Of a stretch of DNA of 64,000 nt, positions 58,729 through 64,000 are shown one piece after another (the stretch's first letter is position 1; each line of letters begins with the position of its first letter). The notes beneath the pieces were generated by a model that worked only from the letters and a program-made list of their open reading frames with translations, was not told the DNA's origin and made no database searches. Origin of the DNA: an uncultured Chloroflexia bacterium (GTDB lineage Bacteria; Chloroflexota; Limnocylindria; Limnocylindrales; CSP1-4); assembly GCA_963707215.1 (NCBI GenBank), contig CAVPPB010000002.1, forward strand, positions 96,001 to 160,000. The letters run 5' to 3'. A program made the translations under genes and the position numbers.

Positions 58729-59970
58729 TCAGGCCCGGCCGTCGGCCAGCGCCTCCGCCACCGCGATCGCCCCGGCTCGCTGGAGGTCGGCGAGTCCGAC
58801 GTCCCAGGCCGTCGGCCACGTGGAGAGCTTGGCGACGACGGTCCCCGACGGCCCGTGGACCAGCAGCTGCTGGCCGTTGATGCCGGCACCGGCGTAGATC
58901 CCGCGCCCCGGATCCAGGACCCACCACTGGAGGTGGTAGCGGGCGTCGGGGAAGCCCGGGAACTCGCTGGCGTCGGCGGCGGCCACGAAGGCGGCCCGCA
59001 GGTCCGGGTCGGGATCGACGATGGACCGCACCCAGGTTCGCGCGACGACCTGGCGCCCGCCCGCCCGACCCCCGCGCAGGTGGAGCAGGCCGACCCGGGC
59101 AAGGTCGCGCAGCGTCGCGCAGATGCCGCCGTCCGGGAGCGGACAGCCGTGCGGGTCGACGGTGATCTCGGCGTCGTGCTCGGCTCCCATCGGAGCCCAG
59201 ACGTAGCGCGAGAAGAGATCCGCGAACCGCTCGCCGCCGGCTCGCTCCAGGACCCAGCCAAGCACGTCGGTCAGGATCGAGCGGTACTCGAACGGGCCGC
59301 CGTGGGTGCGTCCGTTGACGAGGCCGAGCATGTACGCGTACCCATCGACGGCCAGGTCGGCCCGGGATCGCGGGCGCCAACCCCAGACCTGCTCGTAGAC
59401 CCGGACGTCGGCGTCGAGGTCCTCGTAGTCCTCATCGAATCGGGTGCCGGCCCGCATGTCGAGGAGGTCGCGGACGGTGCAGCCTCCGAAGGGGCCGGCG
59501 AGCTCCGGGACGACGGTCGGCACCTCCGCATCGATGTCCAGGTGGCCCGCGCCGACCAGCGCCCCTGCCAGGGTCGCGGTCAGCGACTTCGAGACCGACA
59601 TCAGGAGGTGCGTCGTGCTCGGCGTCAGGCCGTTGCGGTATTCCTCGGCCACGACCCGACCCCGATGGACGACGATCCAGCCGTCGGTCCACGTCTCCGC
59701 GAGCATCTGGTCGACGGAGAGCGACCGGCCGGCCGACCGGAAGCGGATCCCGCCGACGGCCCGCGGCGCCGAAGGCAGCCGCATCGGCGGCCCGTCGCCC
59801 CGGGCGATCCGCGCCGTCGGGATGAGGTCGCGGACGTGCTGGAAGGCCCAGCGGTTGCCCGGCGGCTCCTGCCAGTCGGCCAGGCTGACCCGTCGATCCG
59901 CCGGCACCGGCGCGCCGGTCATCAGGCCCAGCTCCTCGGCCGTGGGTCGGTCGGTGGTCCCTCGTGGCAT
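58729..59970 (-). CDS. Serine hydrolase (beta-lactamase fold, NylB-like)
   Basis: MSVSKS (SxxK), FEYRS, LRDLARVG, GINGQ. Confidence 0.88.
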   Translation of the reverse strand: MPRGTTDRPTAEELGLMTGAPVPADRRVSLADWQEPPGNRWAFQHVRDLIPTARIARGDGPPMRLPSAPRAVGGIRFRSAGRSLSVDQMLAETWTDGWIVVHRGRVVAEEYRNGLTPSTTHLLMSVSKSLTATLAGALVGAGHLDIDAEVPTVVPELAGPFGGCTVRDLLDMRAGTRFDEDYEDLDADVRVYEQVWGWRPRSRADLAVDGYAYMLGLVNGRTHGGPFEYRSILTDVLGWVLERAGGERFADLFSRYVWAPMGAEHDAEITVDPHGCPLPDGGICATLRDLARVGLLHLRGGRAGGRQVVARTWVRSIVDPDPDLRAAFVAAADASEFPGFPDARYHLQWWVLDPGRGIYAGAGINGQQLLVHGPSGTVVAKLSTWPTAWDVGLADLQRAGAIAVAEALADGRA

Positions 59971-60051
59971 GCCGACAGCCTATCCGGATGGTAGGGTCGG
60001 AGGGCGGGCACCGAGCGGCGGGTCCGCCTACGACCGGGAGGATCGAGCGCG

Positions 60052-60357
60052 ATGGCCGAGCCGGGCGAGCAGCTGATCGTCGTCGACGTGCCGGCCACGC
60101 GCCGCTACGAGGCCCGACTGGGCGGGCAGGTCGCCGGATTCGCCGAGTACCGCCGGAGCCCGGGCCGGATCACCTTCATCCACACGGTCGTCGGCCCGGA
60201 GTTCGAGGGCCGGGGGGTCGGTGGGCGGCTGGCCCGGGCCGCCCTCGACGCCGCCCGGGGGGAGGGGCTGAGGGTGACACCCCGGTGCCCGTTCTTCGCC
60301 GCCTACATCCAGCGCCACCCCGAGTACGCTGACCTGGTCGGGTCCGCCGCGAGCTGA
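60052..60357 (+). CDS. Small GNAT acetyltransferase (YjdJ-like)
   Basis: HTVV...GRGVG...PRCPF. Confidence 0.88.
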   Translation: MAEPGEQLIVVDVPATRRYEARLGGQVAGFAEYRRSPGRITFIHTVVGPEFEGRGVGGRLARAALDAARGEGLRVTPRCPFFAAYIQRHPEYADLVGSAAS

Positions 60358-60369
60358 CCGCGACCAGGC

Positions 60370-62016
60370 TCAGGGTCGCGCCGCTCGGAGGTCCGGCGCC
60401 GTACCCGTCCGTCGCGTGCGGGGCGCCCGCCGCCCGACGAGGTACCAGGTCGGCATCGGGCCCTTGCCCTTGACCTCGATCAGCCCCCGGGGCTCCAGGA
60501 CGAAGCGGTCGCGGAGCCGGGCCTCGACGGCGCCGGTCACCTGGATCCGGCCGGGCACGCCGAGGGACTCCATCCGGCTGGCCAGGTTGACCGTGTCGCC
60601 CCAGACGTCGTAGATGAACTTCTTCGTCCCGATCACCCCGGCCACGACCGGCCCGCTGTGGAGGCCGATCCGGAAGCGGACGCCGAGCCTCGACGCGGTC
60701 TCGATGCCGGCGACCTGCTCGGCGAGGTCGAGGGCCATCTCGGCCATCCGCTGGGTGTGGTCGTCGGACCGCTCCGGGAGCCCGCCGACGACCATGTATG
60801 CGTCGCCGATGGTCTTCACCTTCTCCAGCCCGTACGTGTCGACGAGCTGGTCGAAGACGGTGAAGACCTCGTTCAGCACGGTGACGAGCTCGTCCGGCGT
60901 CATCTCGCTCGACATCCGGGTGAACTCGACGATGTCGGCGAAGAGCAGGGTGACGTCGTCGTAGCGATCGGCGATCAGGCCCTCGCCCTGCCGGAGCCGC
61001 TCGGCGATCGGCCCGGGCAGGATGTTGAGGAGGAGGCGCTCGTTCTCGCGGTGGAGCCGTTCGAGCTCACGGGCGGCCGTGATGTCGGTGCCGTAGACGT
61101 TGATGAAGCCGAACTCCGGGACGTCGATCGCCAGGAGCGAGTAGAGCCGGCCTCCGCTGGTGATCTCGACGGTCTCGGCTTCCTCCGTAGCGGCGGCGGC
61201 CAGGAGCGGCTCCAGCAGCTCCGGTACGAGCGTCCGCCCGAGGCTGCAGCCCAGGCCGTCGATGAGCAGGGCGCTGGCCGCGTTGGCGTAGACCAGGGCC
61301 CCCTGCCAGTCGATCCGGAAGACGGGGTGGGGATTCTGGTCCGGGAACTTGACGATCGCCTTCTGGGCCGTCACGTCGGTCGCGTAGACGTTGATCTGCT
61401 CGAGCTCGACCGACCGGACCGGGGTCAGGACGAAGGTCCGGCCGTCGCACAGGATCTCGATCGGCGCGTCCGCAGCGCCGGTCAGCCGGTCGAAGATGGC
61501 GGTGCGGATGGCATCGGGCAGCGGGTCGCCGACGCTCCGGCCCAGGTCGTCGAGCAGGCGCCGGCTGGCGGGGTTCCCGTAGAGGATCCGGCCATCTTCG
61601 GCTACCCGCAGGACCGGGTTCGGGTTCAGGTCCGGCAGCTTGTCGACGATCCTGGCCACGGTGACGTCGGTGCCGTAAACGTTGAAGAAGCCGAGCTCCG
61701 GGACGCCCACGGCGAGCAGAGCGTAGGTCCGGTCGCCGTACCGGTCCTCGTGGGGCCGGCCGGTGTCGACCTGCGACCGGAGCTCCTCGAGGGCTCCATG
61801 GGGGACCGCGCCGCCCACGGCGATGCCCCAGGTCTCGACGATCCGTCCGGCGGCCGGATTGGCGTACAGCAACCGCCCGTCCTCGGTGATCCGGAGCACC
61901 GGGTTCGGGTTCTGGTCCGGGAAGCGGTTGATGGCCTGGATCTGCTCGCCCGTTAGCGGCGGCGGCGTGGCGGCTGCCGGGGACGCTGGGGGGCGGCTTC
62001 CGCCGCGGGATCCCAT
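60370..62016 (-). CDS. Class III adenylate cyclase with three PAS-like repeats
   Basis: LFADIVEFT, EKVKTIGDAYM, YDVWGDTVNLASRMES; three PD(Q/L)NP(N/H)PV(L/F)R...NVY(G/A)TD(V/I)T units. Confidence 0.92.
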   Translation of the reverse strand: MGSRGGSRPPASPAAATPPPLTGEQIQAINRFPDQNPNPVLRITEDGRLLYANPAAGRIVETWGIAVGGAVPHGALEELRSQVDTGRPHEDRYGDRTYALLAVGVPELGFFNVYGTDVTVARIVDKLPDLNPNPVLRVAEDGRILYGNPASRRLLDDLGRSVGDPLPDAIRTAIFDRLTGAADAPIEILCDGRTFVLTPVRSVELEQINVYATDVTAQKAIVKFPDQNPHPVFRIDWQGALVYANAASALLIDGLGCSLGRTLVPELLEPLLAAAATEEAETVEITSGGRLYSLLAIDVPEFGFINVYGTDITAARELERLHRENERLLLNILPGPIAERLRQGEGLIADRYDDVTLLFADIVEFTRMSSEMTPDELVTVLNEVFTVFDQLVDTYGLEKVKTIGDAYMVVGGLPERSDDHTQRMAEMALDLAEQVAGIETASRLGVRFRIGLHSGPVVAGVIGTKKFIYDVWGDTVNLASRMESLGVPGRIQVTGAVEARLRDRFVLEPRGLIEVKGKGPMPTWYLVGRRAPRTRRTGTAPDLRAARP

Positions 62017-62072
62017 CGACCCATCCTAGGCGAACCGCTGCCGGAGGGGAACCCCGGAGCGCCCGCCGATGA

Positions 62073-62540
62073 TCAGGCGCCGGCGAGTCGGTCGACGGCT
62101 TCCATCGCCTCGTCGAGTCCCCAGGCGAGCTTGCCGCTGGCGGCGACCGCTCCGGCCACGAAGAGATTCAGGCCCTCGCCGGGCGTGCCCCGTCGACGGA
62201 CGGCCCGCCAGTCGGTGACCAGGCCGACGATCCCCACGTAGCGACGGTCGCCCGACGAGACGAGCTCGGCGAAGAGACCCACCTCGCAGGCGGTGCCGTC
62301 ATCGATCGTCGGTCCGTCGAGCCATGCGAAGAGCAGCTCGGCGCTGCGCACACCGTCCGCGTCCACACGGAACACCTCGATCGGATCGAGGTCGATCGGA
62401 TCGTCCGAGAACTGCTCGTGGGGGACGAACACGTCGTGCCCGCGGGCTCGCAGGCGGGACGCGAGGTCATCGAGGAAGGTCCGGTCGGCCTCCGAGAAGA
62501 GCGGACCGGCGAGGTAGATCCGAAGCGACCGGCCGCTCAT
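62073..62540 (-). CDS. Nucleoside 2-deoxyribosyltransferase / nucleotide N-hydrolase family
   Basis: IYLAGPLFS...D...DDGTACEVG. Confidence 0.85.
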   Translation of the reverse strand: MSGRSLRIYLAGPLFSEADRTFLDDLASRLRARGHDVFVPHEQFSDDPIDLDPIEVFRVDADGVRSAELLFAWLDGPTIDDGTACEVGLFAELVSSGDRRYVGIVGLVTDWRAVRRRGTPGEGLNLFVAGAVAASGKLAWGLDEAMEAVDRLAGA

Positions 62541-63109
62541 CCGGTCGGCCCCGCGACGATCCGGGCCAGCTGGGCGAGATGGTTGTCGTCGTGCCAGGCA
62601 AGGACGGCGGTCCAGTCATCGAAGGTGAGCCGCCCGTAGAGGGGATGGATGCTGCCGCGGGCCCACTGCCCGGCGCCCAGCCGATCGAGGAAGGCCAGTG
62701 TCCGGACCCGGTTGCGGGTGAATGCTGTGATGGACTCCGCGGGATCGTCACGGCCGTACTGACGATCCTGGGCCCAGCGCTCCGGATCGAACAGCCAGGC
62801 CCCGTCCTCGATCAGCCCCCAGGCGACCGGGTCGACCGGCATGCCGGCAGCCGGAACGGACGGATCGGCCATCCGGAGCATCATCCGGAAGCGGACGAGG
62901 GAGAACTCCTCGATGTCGCGGACGTGGCCGATGACGTGGACGGCCGCCCAGCCTTCGGCCGGCGATGGCGTCGTGAGATCGGCCTCGGACCGTCCCTCGA
63001 CCTGCGCCGCGAGGTCGGCGGGTGTCGAGGCCATCCGGGCCAGACGGTCGCGGCGCGGCCGGCGCGCCCAGGCGGCGATCGCATCAGGCAGTCGGTTCGT
63101 ATCGTCCAT
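62537..63109 (-). CDS. DinB-superfamily protein
   Basis: WAAVHVIGHVRDIE...HP..G...HDDNHLAQL His triad. Confidence 0.85.
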   Translation of the reverse strand: MDDTNRLPDAIAAWARRPRRDRLARMASTPADLAAQVEGRSEADLTTPSPAEGWAAVHVIGHVRDIEEFSLVRFRMMLRMADPSVPAAGMPVDPVAWGLIEDGAWLFDPERWAQDRQYGRDDPAESITAFTRNRVRTLAFLDRLGAGQWARGSIHPLYGRLTFDDWTAVLAWHDDNHLAQLARIVAGPTG

Positions 63110-63323
63110 CGGGACAGCCTACCTATCCGACGGTCGACCGCGCTGGCTTGGCTGGGTCGGTTCGGATCGCGGTTGACAGTACGGGCGCATCGTGCCGAAC
63201 ATGGCCGTCCGGACGGGAGACCTGACGCGCGCGTCCCAGCGTCGGCCACCCAGACCGAGCGGACCGAACGACGAAACCGCCCGTCGGCAGGCCGTCGAGC
63301 GTCGACGGCGAAGGAGGCGCGTC

Positions 63324-63572
63324 GTGCCGAAGTCCATGGACGTCCACACCGGCATGAAGGGGGTCACCCCGGATCAGTTGCGCGAGGCGCACGAGGCGGA
63401 TCTCGCGATCCAGGGCGAGGAGGGCGTGGACTTCCAGCATGCCTGGGCCGATCCCGTGTCTGGCCTGGTCTGGTGCGTCTCCGAAGCCCCCGACGCCGAT
63501 GCCGTGCGGCGTATCCACGAGCGGGCCGGCCATCCGGCAGCCGAGGTCTACCCGGTCCCGGTCGAGGCCTGA
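63324..63572 (+). CDS. DUF4242 / SCO4226-like small metal-binding protein
   Basis: MDVH...AHEADL...WCVSEAPDADAVRRIHERAGH; AAGGAGG RBS, GTG start. Confidence 0.82.
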   Translation: MPKSMDVHTGMKGVTPDQLREAHEADLAIQGEEGVDFQHAWADPVSGLVWCVSEAPDADAVRRIHERAGHPAAEVYPVPVEA

Positions 63573-63673
63573 CCTCGAGCACCGTCGGGCGGGGCCGGCG
63601 AACCCCCGATCCATCGGCAGCGCGCGAGCGCAGGATCCGACCCGGCCGTCGGGTCTGACCGCAGGTATGGGCC

Positions 63674-64000
63674 TCAGCCGCCCGCGGCAGCCGCCGCGGC
63701 CGTGCGGACAGCCTCGCTCACGACCGCGGTCCCGCCGAGAACGACCACCTTCGATGGCTTGAGGCGGGCGAGTTCGGTCGCCGTCGCGGACGGGAGGGTC
63801 GTCCGACCGACCAGCAGCACCGGACCACCGGCCCGTGCCGCAGCGACGGTCCCGGCCAGGGCATCGGGGAAGTCGAGCCCGGTGGCGAGGTAGGCGACCG
63901 GAGCTCCGGATGGGAAGGCGGCCCGGCTGATGGCCGCCGCGGTCGCGTAGCGATCGCCGCCGGCGAGACGGGACGAGGCGACGCCGCCCGCGGCAGCCGC
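63674..64000 (-). CDS. Cell wall binding repeat 2 (CWB2) protein, C-terminal part
   Basis: Manual translation RLAGGDRYATAAAIS...LATGLDFPDALAG...GGPVLLV...VVLGGTAVVSE, then stop. Confidence 0.85.
   Translation of the reverse strand, partial: AAAAGGVASSRLAGGDRYATAAAISRAAFPSGAPVAYLATGLDFPDALAGTVAAARAGGPVLLVGRTTLPSATATELARLKPSKVVVLGGTAVVSEAVRTAAAAAAGG

Noticed and set aside
58729-59970. A true beta-lactamase resistance gene
   Set aside because: No signal peptide, and the sequence fits the NylB/esterase-like branch of the fold.
60370-62540. Cyclase plus NDT as a Pycsar/CBASS-like defence system
   Set aside because: The cyclase has canonical ATP-specifying residues, PAS sensors and its own leaderless promoter, and there is no cNMP-binding effector.
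63170-63323. Metal-sensing (NiCo) riboswitch upstream of the DUF4242 gene
   Set aside because: A TTGACA is present, but no recognisable riboswitch consensus.

Overview
Very GC-rich (visually about 70%) bacterial chromosomal window. The gene content suggests Chloroflexota or Actinomycetota; this is inference only. No rRNA, tRNA, CRISPR array or transposase was recognised. Main blocks: (1) ligC and a Prim-PolC/LigD-type polymerase gene, both frameshifted, flank a ~12 kb accessory module containing a MalT/LuxR regulator, a CMD protein, three DUF6325/DUF1269-like paralogues with Gly/Ala-rich partners, SulP, a DszB-like protein retaining the Cys/His/Arg catalytic residues, a stand-alone STAS domain, rhodanese, TMEM175 and DUF389; its intergenic regions share a 17-bp palindrome (TCC-N-CC-N5-GG-N-GGA). 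(2) Ferritin, a second SulP, envelope genes, a divergent PlsY and a MacAB-like ABC system. (3) The split pntA1-pntA2-pntB transhydrogenase. (4) Three non-pyrrolysine MttB-family methyltransferases. (5) A TetR-led menaquinone operon menF-D-H-B-A-C-E-G with no menI, in which MenE carries an extra alpha/beta-hydrolase domain. (6) Eis, ltaE, an AlaDH/PNT-superfamily enzyme, a GT2 with an apparent ATC start, TetR plus MFS with paired operators, a serine hydrolase, a 3xPAS adenylate cyclase, NDT, DinB and a CWB2 protein. Many genes appear leaderless (TANNNT-N6-ATG). The best candidates for undescribed biology are the palindrome-linked module with the DszB-like enzyme and the MenE-hydrolase fusion as a possible MenI substitute. 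All calls come from motif recognition by eye; no database searches were run.
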